Source of the DNA: Sphingomonas sp. 67-36
Lineage (GTDB): Bacteria; Pseudomonadota; Alphaproteobacteria; Sphingomonadales; Sphingomonadaceae
Direction of reading: 5' to 3'
DNA length: 64,000 nucleotides
Assembly (NCBI RefSeq): GCF_001897375.1
Contig: NZ_MKSU01000002.1
Coordinates: forward strand, 29,040 to 93,039
Part shown: in pieces, positions 26,625-35,130 of the stretch
How positions within the stretch are numbered: the first letter of the stretch is position 1
Layout of the letters: every line of letters starts with the position of its first letter
The notes under the pieces: generated by a model
What the model was told of the DNA's origin: nothing
The model's database searches: none
The model's input: the letters and a program-made list of their open reading frames with translations, nothing else
Program-made: the position numbers and the translations under genes

Positions 26625-27677
26625 CTATTGTGACGTTTGCGCCGCAGCTTTCTGCTCCCTGCGCAGCTTCGAAATGAAGTTCTGGATGGTGTCGACGCCG
26701 GGCGGATTGAGATTGCGCTGGCGGCTGAACTTGCGCGCGTATGCGGCAATGCTGGGTCCAATCTTGCCCGCTTCGAAATCCGCACGCACCTGCGCCATCC
26801 ACGGCTTTTTGCGCTTCGAGCGCGCGAGTCGGCTCTGTTCGGCGAAGCGGGTGCGACCCGCCTGCAGGAACTCGTAATTCTCGCGCCACAGCTCCCATTC
26901 GCGCGTGATCGCGCCGAGCATAATGGCGATGTGCGTGGCGCGCTCTGGATTGGCGCGCATCGCCTCGCACAGGCGCACGACACGGAAGGCATAGGCCGGA
27001 TCGCTTTCGGGGCCTGAGAGTTCGTCGATTTCTTCGAGGGTGTAGAAATCCCACTCACCGGTATCGATCGGATGCACGCCGGGCGCGGGCGCCGGCTCGG
27101 GCAGCATTTGCGGCCCGCCCTCGGCATCTTCGTCGATCGACACCACCGAGATCGCCTCGTCGAAGAACTTCTCCGCCGCTGCGCCGCCCTTGCGTAACGC
27201 ATCCGGCACGAGCGAAGCGGCATAGGCCTTGAGCTCGTCTTCACTCGCATCGTCTCCGAGACACATACGGGCGATGTCGAGCCCTTCCTCACCATCCATC
27301 GACACTGCCCATTCGAGCACATTGGCGAGATTGACGGCGCGATGCTCTGCTTCACCTTGCTCGAGCACCTCGCGGGCAATGGTTTCAAGCTCCTCGGGCG
27401 GCAACATTCTGAAGCGGATCGGCACGGCGCGGGTGATCGTCCAACTCCGCGGCTTCTTGCGGCCCTGCTTCGGAAAGGTGATGGTCCGCCGCTCGAGGAT
27501 CTGCTCCCCGAAACCCGCGAGCGGGTCGCCTCTAATGAAAATCTCTGGCTTGGAGACCGTTGCGCCGGGCGCCGCCTCCTCGGCCGCGTTCGCTACCGAT
27601 TCCCACCACGAGATACCATACGCGAGCATCGCGTCCCGGGCGCGTTCGAAGGCGTTGCGGGGATGATTGTCTGCCAT
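26625..27677 (-). CDS. hypothetical protein (350 aa), acidic middle region and basic C-terminus
   Basis: Start taken at MADNHPRN (27677). Coding-like codon bias. No motif recognised. Confidence 0.55.
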   Translation of the reverse strand: MADNHPRNAFERARDAMLAYGISWWESVANAAEEAAPGATVSKPEIFIRGDPLAGFGEQILERRTITFPKQGRKKPRSWTITRAVPIRFRMLPPEELETIAREVLEQGEAEHRAVNLANVLEWAVSMDGEEGLDIARMCLGDDASEDELKAYAASLVPDALRKGGAAAEKFFDEAISVVSIDEDAEGGPQMLPEPAPAPGVHPIDTGEWDFYTLEEIDELSGPESDPAYAFRVVRLCEAMRANPERATHIAIMLGAITREWELWRENYEFLQAGRTRFAEQSRLARSKRKKPWMAQVRADFEAGKIGPSIAAYARKFSRQRNLNPPGVDTIQNFISKLRREQKAAAQTSQ

Positions 27678-28035
27678 GGTATTAGCTGTCCGCTCCTGTG
27701 CGCCGGATGCCTCGCTCGCGGGCACCTGCACGATGGCGCGAGATTCTGGCCCGCGCGGACGATCCGCGTCAATTTCAGAATCTCATCCGCGTTTTCGGCT
27801 TTCGGAAGGGCCGGTTCCTGCATCGCATATCTGAAACCCGCCAGTCTGCAGACGGCCCAATCTCGGTTCATGCGGACCCGTGCTAACGTATGGCCGCTTT
27901 CGGGCGGTTCAACCTGGCGGCGAACGGCAGAATTGTCGGCACCACCGGCCAGCAGCGAGGTTTTTCTACATCAAAAGATGCTAGCATGAGAAGGCAAATT
28001 TTTTAGAATGGGCCAGCTTGTTTCCGAGGATATTC

Positions 28036-28773
28036 ATGGCGCTACCAAAGATTTTGGATCTTCTTCGCTTGGCGAGCGACCTCCGGGCCAGGGGCACGCA
28101 CGGATCGTTCACGGGTCCGCTGCGGAAGGCTGCCACGGCTCAATCGTGCCTCGCCGATCTTAGGCAGGCGGGGCATTGCTGCGAAGTCTTTCGAAGCACC
28201 GAACATCCAGGGCGCGAAGATGAGTATAGCGCAGCCCATCGAACCGTTCAGCAATCACTGTTAATGATGGCCGTGTCTTTGTATTCGCGGGCGACACACT
28301 CGACGGGCCAATATGGGGAGAGGGGTGCGATCCAAGTTTCGTCCCGTCTTCCTCCGCAGCTGCTGGCGGACCATGCGGCCGTCGTCGCGCTTCGCAATAA
28401 AGCTATGGCCCATGTCTACTTCGCAGAAGATCATGAGGACGGGGTCTGGCACGATCAGTTCCTGTTCGCGATACAAGATCTTGAGAAGGGATGGCTTCCC
28501 GGAAGCGCAACCCGAACGACACAAACGCGGCCGAAAACGCTGCTGCGGTTAGAGCGGCTCATTCCGGAAGCCGGCGGAATTTTGTCGCGGCAATTTCAAA
28601 AACACCTGCAAACCGCGATGAACGCATTCAACGCCGCAAGCGTCGATGTAAATCTTGCTGATTACACTGATAATGCCGAAGAATACTTTCCTAGCGAGAG
28701 TTTTGCGCGAGCAATTTTGCGAGATGCCGCGCCGAAAGCTGAGACCGTTATCCTCGGTGACAACTCAGCTTAG
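28036..28773 (+). CDS. HEPN-like protein (Rx5H motif), paralogue of 12920-13654
   Basis: LYSRATHSTGQYGERGA...HAAVVALRNKAMAH. GAGGA RBS 5 nt before the ATG at 28036. Lower GC than its surroundings. Confidence 0.55.
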   Translation: MALPKILDLLRLASDLRARGTHGSFTGPLRKAATAQSCLADLRQAGHCCEVFRSTEHPGREDEYSAAHRTVQQSLLMMAVSLYSRATHSTGQYGERGAIQVSSRLPPQLLADHAAVVALRNKAMAHVYFAEDHEDGVWHDQFLFAIQDLEKGWLPGSATRTTQTRPKTLLRLERLIPEAGGILSRQFQKHLQTAMNAFNAASVDVNLADYTDNAEEYFPSESFARAILRDAAPKAETVILGDNSA

Positions 28774-29152
28774 CTGGGTTGGGCGCTTCGATGGAGGTCG
28801 AGCCATAACACATGGGCGATGGTGTCCATCCCGTCCGCCGAGCTGCCATCTGGAACCGGCGATGCTGGCCAACCTGAATGACAGACAGCTATTGGGCTTC
28901 CAAAATGGACCCCTGGATGACGGTTAAGTCAGCGGCTCCTTTCACACAAGGATGCAGGGGGAACGGCAGCTATAGCTTTCCGCCATCCCAAGACCTGTCA
29001 GACAGCAAGCGGCAAGAGCTGACGCTCGACCTGCGGCAACGGAACGTCGGGTTTGTCCCAAAGCAGGTCGATAAGCCGGCCGCGACAGCTTCATGAATGA
29101 AGGGCAGGTTTCAGGGACCCGCTTTCGGCCGTCGAATGCGCCTATCGGGGCG

Positions 29153-30049
29153 CTACCCGTCGCGGTATCGCAAGGCGTCCACGAACAGCTTGAAGGCTGG
29201 CGAAGCAAACCGACGGCTCGGGTAGTACAGGTGATAGCCAGGAAGATCGGGCGTGGCACGGGAAAGCACACGTTCAAGCCGACCATCACCAAGATGATCC
29301 TTGATCTGATCGAGCGGAAGGTAGGCGAGCCCATGGCCGGCCAGAGCGGCGTCGCGAATGAGATCAATTGTGTTGAGTATAAGCGGACCATCGATGCGCA
29401 CGCGTGTTTCGCGTTTCCCGACTGCCAGGCGCCATCCGTTCAGCGTCCCGGAACTTGGCAAGCGGAGATTGATCGCTCGATGCTCGACGAGCTCTGATGG
29501 CGAGCTCGGGCGGCCATGCGCCTCGAAATACGATGGTGCGCCAACGATCGCCATCGGGACATCCGCGCTGATGCGGACGGCGATCATGTCCTTCGCGATC
29601 TCGCCGCCGAGCCTCACGCCCGCGTCGAACCGATCCGCCACGATATCGGCCATGCCATAGTCAATTGTTATCTCGACAGTGATGTCGGGATGATCTGGCA
29701 GAAGTCTGTCCATCGCCGGCAGCAGGACGATCTTGGCCGCGTGCTCGACCGTCGTAATGCTAATCGTGCCGGAGGGCTTGTCGCGCAGGTCGCTCAACGA
29801 CGCGATTGCGGCATCCATGTCGCGCATCATCGGTGCCAGTGTCGCAATTAAGCGATCACCCGCTTCTGTCGGTGCCACACTGCGGGTCGTGCGCGACAAC
29901 AACCGAAGACCTAGCCTGGCCTCCAGTTTCCGGACGATCTGGCTGAGCGACGACTGCGACATTCCGAGCCGAACAGCGGCGCGCGTGAAGCTGCGCTCTT
30001 CGGCGACCACGAGAAACGCAGTCATGTCGGCCATCTCGTCGCGGCGCAT
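29153..30049 (-). CDS. LysR-family transcriptional regulator
   Basis: MTAFLVVAEERSFTRAAVRLGMSQSSLSQIVRKLEARLGLRLLSRTTR HTH; divergent from the hydrolase gene. Confidence 0.9.
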   Translation of the reverse strand: MRRDEMADMTAFLVVAEERSFTRAAVRLGMSQSSLSQIVRKLEARLGLRLLSRTTRSVAPTEAGDRLIATLAPMMRDMDAAIASLSDLRDKPSGTISITTVEHAAKIVLLPAMDRLLPDHPDITVEITIDYGMADIVADRFDAGVRLGGEIAKDMIAVRISADVPMAIVGAPSYFEAHGRPSSPSELVEHRAINLRLPSSGTLNGWRLAVGKRETRVRIDGPLILNTIDLIRDAALAGHGLAYLPLDQIKDHLGDGRLERVLSRATPDLPGYHLYYPSRRFASPAFKLFVDALRYRDG

Positions 30050-30185
30050 TTATCACTCAGATGATAGGTTCATGCGGAATTGAGAGTCTAATCGCTGGAC
30101 CCGCTTTGGCCTAGATCTGTTTCATCAGCACTGGCTGCTGACCGCAATTTCCCGAAGTTCACGAACCATCTCGAGGAGAAGCGCC

Positions 30186-31244
30186 ATGAGCAACGAAGCA
30201 TACACACTCGCCGCGAGCGACACTGCGGTCGATGTCGGCGCAAACGACATCGACTACAAGAAGGCGCTCGGCGCCGACGACGGCGGCCTCGTCGATACCG
30301 CAGTCGAGGCGATCAAGGGCATGGCCGGAAAGGTCGTCGACAAGCTTGACCCGCTGACCGAGCAATATGCCGGCCTGTTCAAGACTGGCCTGCGCACACC
30401 TGTGATGCGCAAGCCGAGCGACTACGACATGGACTTCGAGGAGACCTGGTTCCCGTCGATGGACGGCGTACCGCTGGAAGCCTGGTTCATTCCCGCGCCC
30501 TCCGACAAACTGCTCATCATCAATCATCCGATGACCTGCAATCGATACGGCTTTCCGGGCCACCTACCCGAGTACAAGGCCTACTTTGGCGGCTTCGAGG
30601 TCAATTTCCTGCCGGAGCTCACGGCGCTCCATGACGCCGGCTACAACATCCTGACTTACGATCTTCGCAATTGCGGCCGCAGCGGGGAAGGCAATGGCGG
30701 GATCAGTGGGCTCGGATTGCTCGAATGCCGCGACGTCGTCGGCTCGGTGCGCCATGCTCGCGAGCATCCCGTCATGGGCAAGATGCGCACCAGCCTGTTC
30801 AGCCGTTGCATGGGTGGCAACTCGACAATCATAGCAATGGCCAAATGGCCTGACGAATTCCGTCACATCGAGGCGCTTGCTCTGCTCAACGTCGTTTCTG
30901 GCCCGACCTTCATCGAGCGCGGCGCGGAAAACCTCGGGCTCGACCCGGCCGCTGCTGCGAAGCGGCTCGATGAGCGCTGCCGGGAGACGACTGGATTCAG
31001 CGTCTTCGATTTTCGGCCGCAGGACTACGGCCACGGAGTCACCATTCCCACTTTCGTGGCGCAGTTGCGCCGCGACTTCCTGATCCATGGCGAGAAGGAC
31101 GGTCAGGAGATCTTCGACTCACTTGCCGCTGAAACGAAGGAGCTGCTGTGGATCGACCAGTCGAACCAGCGCTTTTACGCCTACAACCACTTCGGCCAGC
31201 ATCCCGAACGGCTGATCGAGTGGTTCGACAAGCACATGGCCTGA
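30186..31244 (+). CDS. alpha/beta-fold hydrolase-like protein (possible Cys nucleophile, dienelactone-hydrolase-like)
   Basis: Length and LFSRCMGGNS elbow-like motif; the fold assignment is tentative. Confidence 0.5.
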   Translation: MSNEAYTLAASDTAVDVGANDIDYKKALGADDGGLVDTAVEAIKGMAGKVVDKLDPLTEQYAGLFKTGLRTPVMRKPSDYDMDFEETWFPSMDGVPLEAWFIPAPSDKLLIINHPMTCNRYGFPGHLPEYKAYFGGFEVNFLPELTALHDAGYNILTYDLRNCGRSGEGNGGISGLGLLECRDVVGSVRHAREHPVMGKMRTSLFSRCMGGNSTIIAMAKWPDEFRHIEALALLNVVSGPTFIERGAENLGLDPAAAAKRLDERCRETTGFSVFDFRPQDYGHGVTIPTFVAQLRRDFLIHGEKDGQEIFDSLAAETKELLWIDQSNQRFYAYNHFGQHPERLIEWFDKHMA

Positions 31245-31479
31245 AGGGACCGCCGCTCGCCTGACGCAACACGTTTCAAACTGAGTAATCTGGGGGCGCT
31301 CTCCGAGCACTCCCAGATGCCGAGTGCGGGGCGACGAATGTAGGGCACCTTTTTGACAGCCGGATTTGTCGTTCGAATGGCTGCTGTGTTGGCGGAAGAC
31401 GCCGGACCCGGTTTCATAACCGGTGAACTGCTTGGTAGGGCTGATAGTCCGCACGACCAGCAGCGATCACGTATGGACG

Positions 31480-31971
31480 ATGGGCAGAAGCGAGAGCACC
31501 GATAGGCGGATGGAGGGAGATGAAGCGCGGATCATCGGCGAACTGGCAACGAGTCTCGGCGCCGGGGCGCAATATTTGCGTAGCGTGGCGGCTTCGCCGC
31601 CCGCCGACAAAGGCGCCTATCTGCTGCTGCTGCGCCTCGACGCACCGCTCGACCTGCGACTGCTTCACTCCGAGATCAGGCTGTGCTCCGGATATTACGT
31701 CTACGCCGGCAACGCCTATGGCTCCGGCGGGATCGGCGCACGTCTGCGGCGTCATCTTTGGCGCGACAAGCGCCTGCACCGGCATATCGACCGGTTGACC
31801 GGCATCGCCGACGCCATCCACGCCTTCGCCGTGCCTGACGGGCATGAATGCGTGATCGTCGCGCAGCTTCTGGCAACAGGGCGGTTCGACGTGCCTGTCC
31901 CGGGCTTTGGCAGCAGCGATTGTCGCCATTGCGAGGCGCATCTGCTCCGCCTGCGACCACGCGCATTCTGA
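31480..31971 (+). CDS. DUF123 / GIY-YIG-superfamily (Uri-like) protein
   Basis: GAYLLLLRL...SGYYVYAGNAYGSGGIGARLRRHLWRDKRLHRHIDRL. Start uncertain (31423, 31480 or 31510). Confidence 0.6.
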   Translation: MGRSESTDRRMEGDEARIIGELATSLGAGAQYLRSVAASPPADKGAYLLLLRLDAPLDLRLLHSEIRLCSGYYVYAGNAYGSGGIGARLRRHLWRDKRLHRHIDRLTGIADAIHAFAVPDGHECVIVAQLLATGRFDVPVPGFGSSDCRHCEAHLLRLRPRAF

Positions 31972-32026
31972 TGCGGCATGTCTTGCGTGACTCGCACTGG
32001 CATCTTCTGTTCAACAGAAATAGGAT

Positions 32027-32395
32027 TTGTTGGACATGGTCATGGGCAAACATCAATTTTTGAGCGGCGCTAAGAGCGGCAAGACCGCTCACACGAAATC
32101 GGGACGCAGCGTGCGAACGGCGAAAACGACGGAGCGTGTCACGGGTCATGCCGGCCAGGTCGAGGCAGTGATGGCGGCGGCCGAACGCTCCGGGTTGCTC
32201 GAGGAAAAGAGCGGCCGGATCGGCGGCCGGGTGAGCCCGGCGCTCGTCAAGCGCGCCAAGGCGCTGACCGGCATCGATACCGACACCGATCTCATCGAAT
32301 TTGCGCTGGCCAACGTCGCGCTAGAGGATGGGTTCGCCGAGTGCTTCAAGGCCGCGCGCGGCAAGGTGGATCCGGACATCCAGCTCGGCTTCTGA
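32027..32395 (+). CDS. putative type II antitoxin (VapB-like, ribbon-helix type C-terminal half)
   Basis: RVSPALVKRAKALTGIDTDTDLIEFALANVALED. Its stop is 2 nt before the GTG of the next ORF. Confidence 0.5.
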   Translation: MLDMVMGKHQFLSGAKSGKTAHTKSGRSVRTAKTTERVTGHAGQVEAVMAAAERSGLLEEKSGRIGGRVSPALVKRAKALTGIDTDTDLIEFALANVALEDGFAECFKAARGKVDPDIQLGF

Positions 32396-32397
32396 AG

Positions 32398-32874
32398 GTG
32401 GCGGCGTTCGATATCGGCGCGGCACTGCGCTGGTCGCGCTTCGATCCCGGTCGCACACTGCAACGTCGGGCGGACGGAGAGTTACCCTCCGCCAGCGCGG
32501 AAGAGTTGGCCGGGCAACCTCTGCTGCTCGCCACCTGCGTTTATATCGATCAACTCCAGGGCCGCGCGCCGTCGCTGGTCGAGGGGCTGATCGACAAGCG
32601 ACAGGTCAATCATTCGACGGTCGCGATTCAGGAACTCAGCCACACAATCGGCGTACTCGATCCGGCCGACAAGCGGACGCCGAATGTCATCACCGTCATC
32701 CGTGATCAGATCGAGGCGATGCCCGAGCACCGGACCTTCGCGCCCGATGCCGATGTGCTCGGCCGCGCCGCCTTGCTGTCGGGCACCCCTTCGAAACGCC
32801 TGAAGAAGCCGGATGCAATTCTGTCCAGTATGCCGTGGGCGTCTCAAAGCTCGATGTCCCGTGAACGCGCGTGA
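32398..32874 (+). pseudogene. PIN-like (VapC-type) toxin remnant: active-site Asp apparently replaced and C-terminus truncated
   Basis: LLATCVYIDQLQGRAP...HSTVAIQELSHTIG resembles the N-terminal half of a PIN family that, from memory, reads LLDTCVYIDQLQG. The expected C-terminal ..LT.N..DF.. part is absent, and the 3' end overlaps the convergent phd-like gene. Confidence 0.35.
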
Positions 32875-33092
32875 TTGCGTTCGAACTCACCGCCGGGAAA
32901 GCTCCGCAGGTAGGAGACGAAGCTAGCCCTTTCGCGCCGGATCGTCCGATGCGCGATTTCGGCGGCTTCGAGCGACACGAGTGCGGCGACGGGCTTGCCG
33001 TGGCGGGTAATCGTCACGAACTCGCCCCTGATGGCTTTGTCAACAAGATGGGAAAGCCCCGCCTTCGCATCCTTGAGACCGATGGTCAGCAT
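32844..33092 (-). CDS. Phd/YefM-family antitoxin with no cognate toxin
   Basis: MLTIGLKDAKAGLSHLVDKAIRGEFVTITRHGKPVAALVSLEAAE. No credible toxin ORF lies downstream on the minus strand. Confidence 0.7.
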   Translation of the reverse strand: MLTIGLKDAKAGLSHLVDKAIRGEFVTITRHGKPVAALVSLEAAEIAHRTIRRERASFVSYLRSFPGGEFERNHARSRDIEL

Positions 33093-33201
33093 CTGCTGCT
33101 CCGTATTGTGGTCACTTATGACCGCAATGCCGATCAGTGCTCCAAATACAAGTAGCGCGTGATCGGTCTCATGCTGCCTGCATCGGAAAAAGCACCTGTG
33201 A

Positions 33202-33816
33202 TTGGTAACGAAACGTTCCAGCATCGGAGCCTTTCGCATCACGATACGGGCGGGCTATCCATATAAGTTCGACTTCGGTGTCGGGGGCGCCGTGGGATCG
33301 GCCATGCGCGAATGTGCGGCCCCGCAGCGTCGGCAGGATGCTCATCGGGTTTCCGGCGAGTCGAAAACCCGATGGGAGACCGAACGCGGCCCCGACCGCA
33401 ACATGGTGCTGCTCGAGGACTTCTGGTTCATCGACCGAAAGGGACGGAAATGGTCGGCGGCTCGTAGCAGCCGGATCAGCGGCGCCTCGATTCCCAAGCC
33501 GCTGTGGACCATAGTGGGCTCGCCCCACACCGGCGACTATCGCCGTGCATCGATCGTGCACGATATCGCTTGCGAAGAGGCAGGTTCGCGCCGGCAGGCT
33601 GACAAGATGTTCTACGACGCCTGCCGGGAAGGCGGTTGCAGCATCTGGGAATCGACTGTTCCCTGTGTGGGAGTGCGCATCGGGGCATGGCGGGGCTCGA
33701 TCGCCACACTGGACGACGAGGCAATCCGGCTGAGTGAAGACGTAACGATGGCCGAAGTTCAGCTGGACTTTCGGATCGTCAGCGAGGACGTTACTGCGGC
33801 AGGGCGAGGCCGATGA
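33202..33816 (+). CDS. DUF1353-like protein
   Basis: SGASIPKPLWTIVGSPHTGDYRRASIVHDIACEE...RRQADKMFYDACREGG. Start uncertain. Confidence 0.5.
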   Translation: MVTKRSSIGAFRITIRAGYPYKFDFGVGGAVGSAMRECAAPQRRQDAHRVSGESKTRWETERGPDRNMVLLEDFWFIDRKGRKWSAARSSRISGASIPKPLWTIVGSPHTGDYRRASIVHDIACEEAGSRRQADKMFYDACREGGCSIWESTVPCVGVRIGAWRGSIATLDDEAIRLSEDVTMAEVQLDFRIVSEDVTAAGRGR

Positions 33817-34221
33817 TCCCGATCTCGTCGAAGCGCGGACCGACGTTGCGATCAAAGCGCAAGCTGGAATTGGCAGCCGCCTCAAGAGCACCGATTTAGC
33901 TGCTAGGGCCGAGGGGCAAGCGGGCCTCGATCGTGGGCGCCGCAATCGCGAAGTCGATCAGGCCCGTGAGCGCGAGAAGCTCGACCGGAAGGTCGAGGCA
34001 GCGGAGAGAACTACGACCGGGAAATGAAGACGTGGCGGCCGGACGAAACACTGTGCACGCATCGGGCAAGGCGTTTCCCCGGTGGACTGATTTCGACGCC
34101 AACGTACCAAGCTGTACGCCAGCATGAGTAACCTGCGTGGTCGCCCGGTGGTCGCCCGCGCAAAATCAAGGCAATGAGCGCGTGGCCCGCGCCCACTAAG
34201 CTATTGATTTTCTTAGAAAAT

Positions 34222-34296
34222 TGGAGCGGGCGAAGGGATTCGAACCCTCGACCCCAACCTTGGCAAGGTTGTGCTCTACCCCTGAGCTACGCCCGC
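34222..34296 (-). tRNA. tRNA-Gly (anticodon GCC), 75 nt including CCA
   Basis: The reverse complement GCGGGCGTAGCTCAGGGGTAGAGCACAACCTTGCCAAGGTTGGGGTCGAGGGTTCGAATCCCTTCGCCCGCTCCA folds as a cloverleaf with anticodon loop TTGCCAA. Confidence 0.95.
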
Positions 34297-34419
34297 TCTG
34301 GCGCCTGGCCCGGAAGGTTCCGGGCGGGTGAGGCGCGGCCACTAGCAGCCGATTCCGGCCTTGCCAACCCCCTTCGTCACGTTGACCGCACAACCGCTTC
34401 GCGATTAGGCCAGCACGCG

Positions 34420-35130
34420 ATGACCGCCCCCGTGATCCTGCTCGTCGAGGACGATCCCGCGCTGCGCATGCTGACGGCGCGCGCGTTGCAGGAGAACGGC
34501 TTCGTCGTGCGCCCCGCCTCCGCCGCGCCGGAGATGTGGCTGGCGCTCGATTCGGGGCCGGTCGACCTCGTGCTGCTCGACATCATGCTGCCCGGCACCA
34601 GCGGCATCGACCTGTGCCGCGCGCTGCGCCAGAAAAGCGATGTGCCGATCATCTTCATGTCGGCGCGCTCCAGCGAGACGGATCGCGTCGTCGGGCTGGA
34701 GCTGGGCGCGGACGATTATATCGCCAAGCCGTTCGGCGTGCGCGAGCTGGTCGCGCGGGTACGCGCGGTGCTGCGCCGGCCACCGCTCGATCGCCGCTCC
34801 GGCGAGGGCGATTCGGGGCTGCTGAAGTTCGAGGGGTGGACGGTCAACCTGCCGCGCCGCGAGCTGATCTCGCCGACCGGCGCGGTGGTGGACCTGACCG
34901 GCGCTGAGTTCGACCTGCTCGTGGTGCTCGCCGACCACGCCCAGCGGGTCATCGCGCGCGAGCGGCTGATCGAGCTGTCGCGCACGCGGCTGGGCGACAG
35001 CTCGGATCGCTCGATCGACGTGCTGGTCAGCCGGCTCCGGCGCAAGCTCTCCGGCGCCGGCCATGCCGCGCCGATCGTCACGGTGCGCGGCGTGGGCTAT
35101 ATGCTCAACGTGCCGGTGGAGCGCAGTTGA
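34420..35130 (+). CDS. OmpR-family response regulator
   Basis: ILLVEDDP...LVLLDIMLPG receiver domain; winged-helix C-terminus IVTVRGVGYML. Confidence 0.9.
   Translation: MTAPVILLVEDDPALRMLTARALQENGFVVRPASAAPEMWLALDSGPVDLVLLDIMLPGTSGIDLCRALRQKSDVPIIFMSARSSETDRVVGLELGADDYIAKPFGVRELVARVRAVLRRPPLDRRSGEGDSGLLKFEGWTVNLPRRELISPTGAVVDLTGAEFDLLVVLADHAQRVIARERLIELSRTRLGDSSDRSIDVLVSRLRRKLSGAGHAAPIVTVRGVGYMLNVPVERS

Larger units (their letters stand above)
4904..34296. mobile_element. tRNA-Gly-associated genomic island (about 29.4 kb), a defence / toxin-antitoxin island
   Basis: Bounded by the 45 bp direct repeats. Contains a tyrosine recombinase, TA modules and defence-like genes. Visibly lower and patchier GC than the 34.3-64 kb flank. 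Confidence 0.75.

Noticed and set aside
33817-34221. Possible integrase remnant next to the intact tRNA, the usual integrase position
   Set aside because: Only short charged fragments are present (for example ...REREKLDRKVEAAERTT...), and none of the R..HxxR..Y recombinase motifs. There is not enough evidence to call anything.
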